A stretch of DNA of 37,446 bases from a virus (taxonomy: Duplodnaviria > Caudoviricetes), in the IMG/VR virus record IMGVR_UViG_3300017991_000227, positions 1 to 37,446 of that record. The stretch is one strand, 5' to 3'. Numbering within the stretch: position 1 is the stretch's first letter; every line of letters starts with the position of its first letter. Positions 18,671 to 27,422 of the stretch are shown here, piece by piece. Under the pieces are notes generated by a model. That model did no database searches, was not told the DNA's origin, and worked only from the letters and a program-made list of their open reading frames with translations. The translations under genes were made by a program, and so were the position numbers.

Positions 18671-19696
18671 ATGAGTAAAAAGAAAGAGACCCAAGAGAAA
18701 CCTGCCTCTGACGAGACCGCTATCGTCAAAGCGCTGGAGGGCCCGTTGGCTCCTCTGGAAGACAGCCACCCGCTCTTCCTGACCAAATACAAGGAAGACC
18801 TCACACGCGTATCGCAGACGTTACCGTCCCCGGTAGAACTGCAAAAAATTCTTCAGGCGCTACCCGAAGATATCCAAGGGAATGTCAGCGACATCATCAA
18901 AAAGACTTCCGGAAAGAAGCGCGGTGTTTACACCGACGACAACCGTCCGGACTTCCCGGAACTGCGGCTGTTCCACGGAAGCGGTAACGACCCCAATCGC
19001 CCGGAGAACATGGTGCCCGGTCACTTCTACCTGAACACAAAAGAGAACGTCGGGCAGGAGTTCGTGGGTGCTGTTCTGGCCATCTGGGAAGGGCGCACGA
19101 TGTGGGGCGACCGCGACAGTGGGGACGCCAGTGGGATGCCCATCTGCCAGTCCATGAACCGGTCGGTGGGAAGCACGTACGGAACCTGCCAGAGCTGCCC
19201 GCACCGCCCCTGGAGAGACGGCGAGAAACAGAAATGCAGCGATGACGTCGTTGCGTTTATGTTGACCAAAGACCTCACCGAGTTGGTCTTGGTGCGCTTC
19301 TCGAAAACCTCGGAGCCGGCAGGGCGCCGCCTCCTCCGCATGGCCAAGCGCGATATCGAGCTGTGGTCCAAGTGGTACAGCATTACCAGCGATTCCCGTA
19401 CGAGTAAGCAAGACAAGAACTGGCGCTGGTACGTTATGCAAGTCGAGCCCGCCGAGGGAGACGACAACCTGGTACAGGAAGAGGTCTACCCGTTCTGTGA
19501 AGCAATGTGTACGCTGCTGGAAGCGTCCATCATTCTGCCCAAGATGGCGGATACCTACAACTCGGCGCGCAAAGTCCTCGACGGTGAAGAAGAGATTGAA
19601 GAGGAGGAAGAAGGGGGAGGTGACGTAAAACCTCTCCAGGGTGAAGGTGATGATTACGGCGACATGCCGGAAGCACCAGAAGACGACAACGTTTAG
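18671..19696 (+). CDS. Putative ssDNA-binding/recombination protein
   Basis: AAGGAG SD, Cys cluster (CQS..CQSC..KC), very acidic C-terminal tail, position at the head of the replication genes. Function is inferred. Confidence 0.55.
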   Translation: MSKKKETQEKPASDETAIVKALEGPLAPLEDSHPLFLTKYKEDLTRVSQTLPSPVELQKILQALPEDIQGNVSDIIKKTSGKKRGVYTDDNRPDFPELRLFHGSGNDPNRPENMVPGHFYLNTKENVGQEFVGAVLAIWEGRTMWGDRDSGDASGMPICQSMNRSVGSTYGTCQSCPHRPWRDGEKQKCSDDVVAFMLTKDLTELVLVRFSKTSEPAGRRLLRMAKRDIELWSKWYSITSDSRTSKQDKNWRWYVMQVEPAEGDDNLVQEEVYPFCEAMCTLLEASIILPKMADTYNSARKVLDGEEEIEEEEEGGGDVKPLQGEGDDYGDMPEAPEDDNV

Positions 19697-19705
19697 CTAA
19701 ACCAG

Positions 19706-19742
19706 GGAGCAAGGGATATAATTCCCTTGCTCCGTTTTTTTT
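19706..19742 (+). terminator. Rho-independent terminator
   Basis: Perfect 11-bp stem GGAGCAAGGGA/TCCCTTGCTCC, loop TATAAT, followed by G and T8. Confidence 0.85.
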
Positions 19743-19759
19743 CAGAAGCGAGGAGAACT

Positions 19760-20566
19760 ATGTCTCAGATAAAACCCACAACATTTGTGCGTGAGTATGC
19801 TCCCTGGTCCTACAGCAAAGCATCTGTCGCGAAGCAGTGTCCTTACAAGTTCCATTTACAATACAAAAAGAAGACAAAAACGTATCCCAATGCGGACGCC
19901 CTAGTTGGACAGGCCGTTCACAAAGCATTGGAGTACGCCATGACCGGCCGTCCGGTCAGTCCGTGTTTCGAAATAGCGATTAAGGAAGACGACCGACTTA
20001 CGACTAATGAAATAGAGCGTATTGAAGGATTCATTCCTTCCGCGAAGAAATTCATTAAACGATTTGACGCTTACCGTAAGAAATATCCGTCATACGACCC
20101 CAAGTTGGAACAGCGTTTCAGTGTGGGATTTGACGGGGAACCCAAAACTTTCTTTGACAACTCCGGTTTATTGCGCGGCGTTATCGACGTATACATGCTT
20201 TTTAGGAAACGCCCTGACGCATTAATCCTCGACCATAAAACCGGGAAGGAGCGGGATTTAAAATTCTTCTCTGACCAGTTTGATATTTACACCTTGTTAT
20301 TGAAGGCGAAAGAACCTAACCTAGAAAGAGTGCGTGTTGGTCTGAACTTTTTGAAGACTGACTCTATCGTTTTAGGAAGCTTGCAGGATGTGAGGGACAT
20401 CCAGCCCGTAATAGACAGAGTTGTGAGCTTCCTGAATGACTGCACAAAAGAAACGCATAAGTCTTCACTGGTAAAACAGGGACCACTATGTAATTGGTGC
20501 GATTACCAGCAGCAGCATTGTCCGGCCTTTGCGAGAGGGGACAGAAATGGCCAAACAAAAACCTAG
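19760..20566 (+). CDS. PD-(D/E)XK nuclease, Cas4/RecB-like
   Basis: SYSK..CPYKF, GQAVHKALE, GVIDVY, LDHKTG, CNWCDYQQQHC. Start moved to ATG 19760 (AGGAG SD). Confidence 0.85.
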   Translation: MSQIKPTTFVREYAPWSYSKASVAKQCPYKFHLQYKKKTKTYPNADALVGQAVHKALEYAMTGRPVSPCFEIAIKEDDRLTTNEIERIEGFIPSAKKFIKRFDAYRKKYPSYDPKLEQRFSVGFDGEPKTFFDNSGLLRGVIDVYMLFRKRPDALILDHKTGKERDLKFFSDQFDIYTLLLKAKEPNLERVRVGLNFLKTDSIVLGSLQDVRDIQPVIDRVVSFLNDCTKETHKSSLVKQGPLCNWCDYQQQHCPAFARGDRNGQTKT

Positions 20567-23500
20567 GAATAAAGTAACGCGGCAACAGCTACGGAAAATA
20601 TGGAAAAGACTCGGATACCAAAACTGGCTCGATATCCTCAACACACATAAGCGGAATCACAATTTCGTACCCGCAGGCCAAGGGATACTTAAGGGGCTAT
20701 GCATCAATCCAGAGCACGATGACTCCGTACCTTCGTTCTTCCTGAACGTAGAGAAGGGTTTTGTTAAATGCTACGGATGTGACACATACACTTCCAATCC
20801 GCTCACAGTCCTTTCCTGGATATTGGACTTGCCGGATTCCGAAGCGCTCCAACAGATTCAAGACAAGTACGGTATCAATTTTCTCCCCACTAAAGCTCTT
20901 GCCGAACTCGAAGAACAACGACTGAATTCTAAAATAAAGGAGGAGATATATCAGACGACACATCAAATGATGTGTGACGGTATCGCGGACCCCACAAAGA
21001 ACGAAAATGCGTTCGCGGTGAAAGGTGTGGACTGGCTCGTAAATGACCGCAAAATACCGAAAGACACATTACACCTTCTTCCAATAGGTGTGATGCCGGA
21101 GCTTGCTCGCCTTCAAGGTGCGGTATTCGACCGTTACAATGTAAAGAAGGCGGCATGGCAAAATGGTCCACAAGATAAGCCAGAACCTGTCGATTTAACC
21201 ACGCCCGTTTTCAATTACCTCAAAGACTACATCAAAGGCAGCACGTTCATAGGCGGAATTCTATTTCCACTACACGCTAATATTCGGGAGATAGGGCGCA
21301 TAAAACTGCGCGCCGCACGGTCCAAGGAATTCCTGTTCATAGATGACCCCTTCGAAGACTCCCTTGGATTATTCGGTTTGGGGTGGGAACAATACAAAAT
21401 ATTCCAGGACGCCAAGTCCAAAGTGGACTTTATCTACCTATTGGAAGGCGAGATAGACGCGCTATCCCTGATGTCACGTTTCATGCAGCAGCACGGCAAG
21501 GCCCTCTATCCTGTGGTTTCCGTAGGTGGGAAAAGTGGCGCCCCTTATATCGAGCCGGCACTTTCGGCATCGGGAATCAGTCGAGGCTTCATGGTCGGAG
21601 ACTCCCTCGCCGCAAAAGGCGAAGGCGTTGTAGAGGAGTGGATGAAGCAGGTCACGGACCTCCATGTCCGCATCTTCAACGGTTGGGATAAGCTACAGAG
21701 TACCGACGATATCGACGAAGCAGTTATCATGCTTGGCGAGAAAGCAGTGACCAAGGTCCTCTACAACAAGTTCGACGACAACTTCACCACACCTTCGCAG
21801 TGGGCGTATACCCGCGCAGACCGGGAGATGGCCGCTATTGATGAACACGACTACCGTGCATTAATGGAAACCGCCGCGAATCACGGAACTTACCTGAATA
21901 ACAAAATCGAATGCGAACACTACGCTGAACAGATTGCCACAGCGTACAACATCAATTCCGATATCCTGAAACGTGAAATCTCAACCCGTGAAAATACAGA
22001 AGACGGATTCATTCTGCGTTGTACAGACGCCTTAAAGAGCATCCTATTCCCCGTAAGTACCGATTTGGTTCGGGGGCAACGGATTCTCATTCTGTACGAC
22101 AAAGTACGCAAACGATTCAATAACATCCGCTTGGATAGCCCGCAGTCCCTGTCGCAAGAGCTCGCCCCTATTGTAGGTACGCTGTACGATTTCGTAAACG
22201 ACAAGGTGGGCTACCCGACGTTTTTACAAATGCCGGGAGAAGATGGGCTCGTACGGGAATCCGTGGATAAGAAGCTAAAATTCTACCTAAAGGAAGCGGT
22301 GCAGAATATGGCCCAGGGTTCTCCCGACGCGTTAACAACCTTCAAATACAAACAAGGTTATCATGTTATTAACACCCCCAATCTGGAGCAGCGCGAATAC
22401 ATCGTGTGTGGCCCGGACGTAATCCGATTAGACCGTACTGAAAAAGATGTGACATACACGGAATTGGAGGGGCCGTCGGACGAGGGGGTACTCTTTGACA
22501 TCGGATTCAAGAGTATGGTTCGCACCCCCTGGTACCCTAGAGGTATGACGACGGACGTACTGAACCGCCATAAGAACACCGACTTGCGCAACTTGTACGA
22601 AACCCTCTACACACTCTACAGCTCCGCATTCAATTTCAAGCACCACGAGGTTACGTCAAAACTATTGGCCTCTCTCATGATGGTGCTCCCCATCATGGAC
22701 GTGTTTGAGCGGCCGTTGTTGATGTTTATCACAGGCGACACCCATTCAGGAAAGTCACATCTTGCAGCTACGTTCGCCGGTGTGAGCTACAAGAAAATGC
22801 AGATTCTCTACGCCGGTCACGGTACCGAAGATTTCACGGCCGCCTCCGTGGCGAGCATGGCTGACAGCTCCAGTCTGGTTATCTGTATTGACGAGTTCGA
22901 AAGCTCTGACCCCACAAAGCGCGACAACGCACGCCGCATCTTCGAGATGTTCCGGTCGCTCATCGGTGGCGCAACAACGAGAACTCGTGGGCGCCCTGAC
23001 GGGTCATACTACGAGACCCCATTAAAGTGCCCTGTCATCTTCTCGGCTATTCAAGGTGCCGAACGCCCGCAGGACCTCAACCGGATGTTGCACATCGAAA
23101 TGCACAAAATCGAAGGCAAGATGAGTCCCTTGAACGTCCTCCATAAAGAGATAGGAATCGACAAGCTGCGTAAACTCCGTCAAGGTGTAAACCTCGGTAT
23201 GTATCCCCATGCGCTGGAATTAGCGCAACTCGAACAAGACATCATCGGGAACTTTCAGGAACTGCAAGCAGAGCTCCCCTTTGATGTAGAGTGGCGTATG
23301 GCGTCGTCCTTATTCAGCCCCCTGGCCGTGATGCGCCACATCGGGCTGGACTGGAAGGGCTTTTTCAAGGAGTACGTCCAAACGAATGAAGCCCTGATAA
23401 CGCGTGCCAGTACCATATCGGAATCGGAGACGTACTTGAACGCGATGCTGCGCCATGCTGCGATTCATCAACGCGACCTCCCTCCTGTGTCGGTTGCACA

Positions 23501-23918
23501 ATTGTTGAATTCGCCGGAACGAAGACCGGAAATTAATACCGCCTCCTGCGGTGTGTACTACGACGAACAGGGCCAACTGTTGCTGTTCCTACTCGACCAG
23601 GCAGTCCCTAAACTGCTACCGTACCACATGAAGTATCCCGGCCTATCTACGATACGAATGAAGGAAACGCTGGACCGCCACAAAGCGGCACTAAACCCAC
23701 AAGAGGTACTGAAATCCGGTATCTTACGCCGTGTAGGGCCTCACCTCGGCGCCGGTATTCACTTGCAGGACGTTGTAGTCCTGCGGGCGAAGGCCTGGTT
23801 GGACTCCGCTGAAGAGTCTATGCAAGCCGCCATGGAAGACGCAGAAGAGGCCAGAGAGGAGGACGTCAGCGATGCCCCAGGAAACAACCTCAACTACGAC
23901 TTCCCCGAAGAAGCCTAA
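20547..23918 (+). CDS. DNA primase-helicase fusion (CHC2 Zn finger, TOPRIM, P-loop ATPase)
   Basis: CINPEH..CYGC, LLEGEIDA, VGD, DDIDE, GDTHSGKS, ICIDEFE. ATG 20547 follows GAGGGG. Confidence 0.8.
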   Translation: MAKQKPRNKVTRQQLRKIWKRLGYQNWLDILNTHKRNHNFVPAGQGILKGLCINPEHDDSVPSFFLNVEKGFVKCYGCDTYTSNPLTVLSWILDLPDSEALQQIQDKYGINFLPTKALAELEEQRLNSKIKEEIYQTTHQMMCDGIADPTKNENAFAVKGVDWLVNDRKIPKDTLHLLPIGVMPELARLQGAVFDRYNVKKAAWQNGPQDKPEPVDLTTPVFNYLKDYIKGSTFIGGILFPLHANIREIGRIKLRAARSKEFLFIDDPFEDSLGLFGLGWEQYKIFQDAKSKVDFIYLLEGEIDALSLMSRFMQQHGKALYPVVSVGGKSGAPYIEPALSASGISRGFMVGDSLAAKGEGVVEEWMKQVTDLHVRIFNGWDKLQSTDDIDEAVIMLGEKAVTKVLYNKFDDNFTTPSQWAYTRADREMAAIDEHDYRALMETAANHGTYLNNKIECEHYAEQIATAYNINSDILKREISTRENTEDGFILRCTDALKSILFPVSTDLVRGQRILILYDKVRKRFNNIRLDSPQSLSQELAPIVGTLYDFVNDKVGYPTFLQMPGEDGLVRESVDKKLKFYLKEAVQNMAQGSPDALTTFKYKQGYHVINTPNLEQREYIVCGPDVIRLDRTEKDVTYTELEGPSDEGVLFDIGFKSMVRTPWYPRGMTTDVLNRHKNTDLRNLYETLYTLYSSAFNFKHHEVTSKLLASLMMVLPIMDVFERPLLMFITGDTHSGKSHLAATFAGVSYKKMQILYAGHGTEDFTAASVASMADSSSLVICIDEFESSDPTKRDNARRIFEMFRSLIGGATTRTRGRPDGSYYETPLKCPVIFSAIQGAERPQDLNRMLHIEMHKIEGKMSPLNVLHKEIGIDKLRKLRQGVNLGMYPHALELAQLEQDIIGNFQELQAELPFDVEWRMASSLFSPLAVMRHIGLDWKGFFKEYVQTNEALITRASTISESETYLNAMLRHAAIHQRDLPPVSVAQLLNSPERRPEINTASCGVYYDEQGQLLLFLLDQAVPKLLPYHMKYPGLSTIRMKETLDRHKAALNPQEVLKSGILRRVGPHLGAGIHLQDVVVLRAKAWLDSAEESMQAAMEDAEEAREEDVSDAPGNNLNYDFPEEA

Positions 23919-26916
23919 ACCGTTACAATGTAATCTCTGCCAGGAGAACACAGCGTGGAAAGGACCGCTGTGCCAGAAATGTCGTCTTTTTAAACAAAAG
24001 CACTACGCAGAAGGAACCGGGGATACCGAGAATGTCGCCTATTTCTGTGTCGCTGAGTGGCCGGACCTACGAGGGCCTTCCGGCAATGTGACCAGTCATC
24101 AAACGTGGGCCTATGACGCGGAGAAGATGATTAAGGACGCGTTTCTCGACGCGAAGAGCCGCATAAAGAACTACGCTAAAGTTCGTGGGCGGTACACGTT
24201 CGCAATACATTGTGATGTTAATACGAACACGGACTCACAAGCGGACAAAAAGCCCACGAAGAAGACGATGGACTATTGCTACCCACTCCTCAAAAAAGAA
24301 CTGTTAACCTACGCCCGCAAGGATAAGCCGATAATGGTTTTCGCGGCGGGGCCTCTCGCGCTTAAAGCGCTGGGTTTCAAGTTCCGAAAATACGCTAACG
24401 TCCAAGGCAAGTTCCTGGAAACCACGATAGACGGTCGGCGGGTGGTTGCATTCCCGTCAATGTCGAAGCGTCAACTCTTAACCAAATCCGGATTCGTTGA
24501 AGTAATGCAACGGCATGTCGACCAATTCCTCTCTACCGTTTACGGGCTGGATAAAAACATCCCGGTACAAACGGAGGTGCCTTTTGAAACACTCATCAAA
24601 CAATACGTCTTTCCGAAAACACTGAAAGAAGTTCGTGAACTGGTAGAGATGGTTGTCGACTTCTCATTCGACGGTGCTCCTGCGCACAAACACCCTATCG
24701 CATTGGACACAGAGACGAACACCGTCAACCCTCACCGTGAAAAACTGAAGCTACTGAACCTGGTTGTTGCGTGGGCTCCAGGGAAGGCCGCTGCGATTCC
24801 GGTTGAACACCCGGAATCTCCCTGGACGTTGGACGAGGTGTATCCGTGTATTGCACCGCTGTTGAAGTGTCGCAAGCCAAAGGTATTTCACAATGGACAA
24901 TTCGATATCAAAGTACTGAAACAGAAAGGCTGGTCTGTAAACAATTACGGCTGGGATACGATGCTAGTCGAGCATTTACTGGCCGAGGACAAGCGCGGCT
25001 TCTATAGCCTGAAAGCTATGACCAAAATGATGCTCCCGCAATACGCGGGATACGAGGACCAGCTACAGGAGATAAAAGCACGCATAGATAAGGAGGTGCC
25101 GAAAGACGATAAAGAAGAAACGGAAAAAACAAAACCCAAGGAAGCGCTGAAGGGTGCTGAGAAGAAGCTGGCGGAGGACGATGGGTATATCAGCATCCCA
25201 CTAAAGGTGTTGAACGAATACGCCGCTATCGACGCCGATGTCACGCGGCAGTTGTTTGACCAGCAGTGGGTTAGGATACGAGACGAAAACAACACCCTGA
25301 ACTACGCCAGAAAAACGTTGCGGAGAAATCGTCACGAGGATTTCCAAAACGCAGCGAAGCCCGGAATTGGCGTACCTAACCCCACCACGAACCTGTTGTG
25401 GAACCTGGTTATACCTGCGACAAAGGCACTAGCCAACATGGAGCTACGAGGGATGCGTGTCGACCGTGAATACGCTGAAGAGCTCAACACGGCGATGACT
25501 AAATCCATCATGATATTACGTAATGAGTTATACCTCATGACGCCGCAGGGGCTTTTTGAAGGCGAGGACTTCAATCCGAACAGCTCACCACATCTTCGAC
25601 GCGTGTTATTTGGCAGTGGTTACCACCACCCGGACGACTCGCGACGCGTTATTACATACACACACTTATTGGACAGCGACAGCATCGCCAAAACACCAAC
25701 GGGGCAAATCTCTACTAACAAGAATTTCTTGCGGTACCTTGTCCAGCAACACGAGTGTGCGTTCTCTAAAGTACTCTTGAAATACCGCGCGTTGGTTAAG
25801 GCGCAGTCTACGTTTATCAACAATATACAGGCGCTCAGTAAGGAAGATGGCCGAATGCATACGTCGTTTCACGTCGTAGGTACCGCAACTGGCCGGCTAT
25901 CGTCATCCAATGAGAATATGCAGAACATCCCCAAATTCATCGGCGAACACAACATCAAAAAGATATTCATCCCAACAGACCCGGAGAATCAAATTATCGT
26001 AAACGCGGATGCCAAAGCCGCTGAGGTGCGTGTGTACGCGGCCTACAGTAGGGACAAAAACCTGATACAGGCATTGAACGAGGGCCTGGACCCGCACAGC
26101 TTCTTTGCCTCGAAGGTTTATGACCCGTCCGTGGTGCTCTCCGGCGTCCCCCAATCGGAACAGAAGAATACGCTGTCGCTCATAGGAATTGACGAGAACC
26201 ACGCGTGGAACTACAGCGATTTCCAGAATCGCTACACATTCAAGAAAACGGATGGCCCGTATTACCGCCAACTGGACAAGCTGCGGACCAACATCAAGCG
26301 CGTGGTCTTTGGTATTCTGTATGGCGCAGGTAAACGGAAGATAGCAGAGACCGCTGGAATCCCTCTGGAGCAGGCACAGGCTATCATCGACGTACTGTTC
26401 CGTATGTTCCCGACGATTCCTAGATACATGCGCACCACCAAAGACCAAATACATCTCCTGGGTGTTGTTGAAACCTTCCTCGGCAGACGCCGCCGATTCA
26501 TGATAAAGAACATGACGCAGTACCTGAAAGCGAAAGCCGAGCGTCAATCCGTTAATTTCAAAATCCAAAGTACATCGTCGGACATTGTGCTTGGTGTCCT
26601 CACCGACATCGATGGCCCGCTACGTGACCTGGAATCGCGGTTGCTCATCACCGTTCATGACTCCGTCGTCTTTGAGACCCCGAAGAAATATGCGGGGCAA
26701 CTTTCCGACTTCATGGAAGAGTATGGCGTACGGCGCGTTGCGGAGAAGTACCCATGGCTTCCTGTCCCGTTTAAATGGGACGTAGAGGTGGGGCCGTCAT
26801 ACGGGGAACTCCAGGATGTTGACGATTACCTCAAAGACCACCCCCGCATCATCGAAGAAGGTGATGATTACATAGACATGGACATCCGTCAGGACTTAGC
26901 AAATTTAGGCGGATAA
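23872..26916 (+). CDS. polA: Family A DNA polymerase with 3'-5' exonuclease and N-terminal uracil-DNA-glycosylase-like domain
   Basis: Exo LDTET, HNGQFD, YAAIDA; TATGRLSS, NMQNIP; motif A DAKAAEVR, motif B RTNIKRVVFGILYG, motif C VHDS; Cys-rich N-terminal domain. Confidence 0.93.
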   Translation: MPQETTSTTTSPKKPKPLQCNLCQENTAWKGPLCQKCRLFKQKHYAEGTGDTENVAYFCVAEWPDLRGPSGNVTSHQTWAYDAEKMIKDAFLDAKSRIKNYAKVRGRYTFAIHCDVNTNTDSQADKKPTKKTMDYCYPLLKKELLTYARKDKPIMVFAAGPLALKALGFKFRKYANVQGKFLETTIDGRRVVAFPSMSKRQLLTKSGFVEVMQRHVDQFLSTVYGLDKNIPVQTEVPFETLIKQYVFPKTLKEVRELVEMVVDFSFDGAPAHKHPIALDTETNTVNPHREKLKLLNLVVAWAPGKAAAIPVEHPESPWTLDEVYPCIAPLLKCRKPKVFHNGQFDIKVLKQKGWSVNNYGWDTMLVEHLLAEDKRGFYSLKAMTKMMLPQYAGYEDQLQEIKARIDKEVPKDDKEETEKTKPKEALKGAEKKLAEDDGYISIPLKVLNEYAAIDADVTRQLFDQQWVRIRDENNTLNYARKTLRRNRHEDFQNAAKPGIGVPNPTTNLLWNLVIPATKALANMELRGMRVDREYAEELNTAMTKSIMILRNELYLMTPQGLFEGEDFNPNSSPHLRRVLFGSGYHHPDDSRRVITYTHLLDSDSIAKTPTGQISTNKNFLRYLVQQHECAFSKVLLKYRALVKAQSTFINNIQALSKEDGRMHTSFHVVGTATGRLSSSNENMQNIPKFIGEHNIKKIFIPTDPENQIIVNADAKAAEVRVYAAYSRDKNLIQALNEGLDPHSFFASKVYDPSVVLSGVPQSEQKNTLSLIGIDENHAWNYSDFQNRYTFKKTDGPYYRQLDKLRTNIKRVVFGILYGAGKRKIAETAGIPLEQAQAIIDVLFRMFPTIPRYMRTTKDQIHLLGVVETFLGRRRRFMIKNMTQYLKAKAERQSVNFKIQSTSSDIVLGVLTDIDGPLRDLESRLLITVHDSVVFETPKKYAGQLSDFMEEYGVRRVAEKYPWLPVPFKWDVEVGPSYGELQDVDDYLKDHPRIIEEGDDYIDMDIRQDLANLGG

Positions 26917-26928
26917 GCAGGTAAAAGA

Positions 26929-27267
26929 AGCTGTACTGGCATCCTTTAACTGTGAGGATAGGGAAAGCAACTTTCCCGTGCGTAATGCAGTGTGCGCTAT
27001 AGACTCAGGAGACAAGCCCATGTCGCCAAAAGCGCTGGTGTTTCACACCGTCGCTGTTCGCCAACATGGACAAGTCACCGTGAATCAAGCAGTACGGCTC
27101 GTTATGGTCATGCAGGGCTGCGCCTGGAGACTTCGCTTCCAGAGCGCGGCCCGTGCAGACAATACGAAGATAGCAGTACGTCATCCGGTGATATCTTTCG
27201 GCCCGGGGGCTCAAACGCCTGTTTGTGCCCGTCGGGCCTCAGATATCAACGGAAAGAAAGCAGTACG
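26929..27267 (+). ncRNA. Candidate retron-like ncRNA: one msr-like 5' domain plus three tandem msd-like hairpins
   Basis: Inverted repeat AGCTGTACTG (26929-26938)/CAGTACGGCT (27090-27099); small hairpins including GGGAAAG-CAA-CTTTCCC (26961-26977); long hairpins 27002-27086, 27099-27167 and 27184-27253. Confidence 0.65.
27088..27267 (+). repeat. Three direct repeats AGCAGTACG spaced 84 and 87 nt
   Basis: Exact copies at 27088-27096, 27172-27180 and 27259-27267; copies 2 and 3 extend to AAGA[T/A]AGCAGTACG. Confidence 0.9.
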
Positions 27268-27270
27268 AAA

Positions 27271-27422
27271 AATTTCTGTTGGCGCTTCTCTTCTGTTGGG
27301 TGCAGGGGACGTTACGTCCCTGAAAGAATTCGAACAACAGCATGCGACGCAATCCTGCGGCGCATTAAGGCCGTCTTTCCGCCACATGGCGCGGAAATAC
27401 GCCACGTTTAGCAACAGAGATT
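27271..27422 (+). ncRNA. Multibranched structured RNA domain
   Basis: 11-bp closing stem AATTTCTGTTG/CAACAGAGATT (U-G on +) enclosing three arms: CTGTTG..GGGACG-TTA-CGTCCC..CAACAG, ATGCG..CGCAT and TTTCCGC..GCGGAAA. Confidence 0.55.

Noticed and set aside
18563-18769. N-terminal extension of the sigma factor given in the ORF track
   Set aside because: It overlaps the divergent gene at 18671 and crosses the AT-rich promoter gap; sigma similarity begins after ATG 18562.
27088-27267. CRISPR array interpretation of the repeats
   Set aside because: The repeats are only 9-14 nt, the spacers are about 75 nt and themselves long hairpins, and there is no cas1/cas2 or effector in the window.
27271-27422. 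tRNA or tmRNA call for the branched domain
   Set aside because: It is too long for a tRNA, and I saw no T-loop consensus in proper context and no CCA end or tag ORF.
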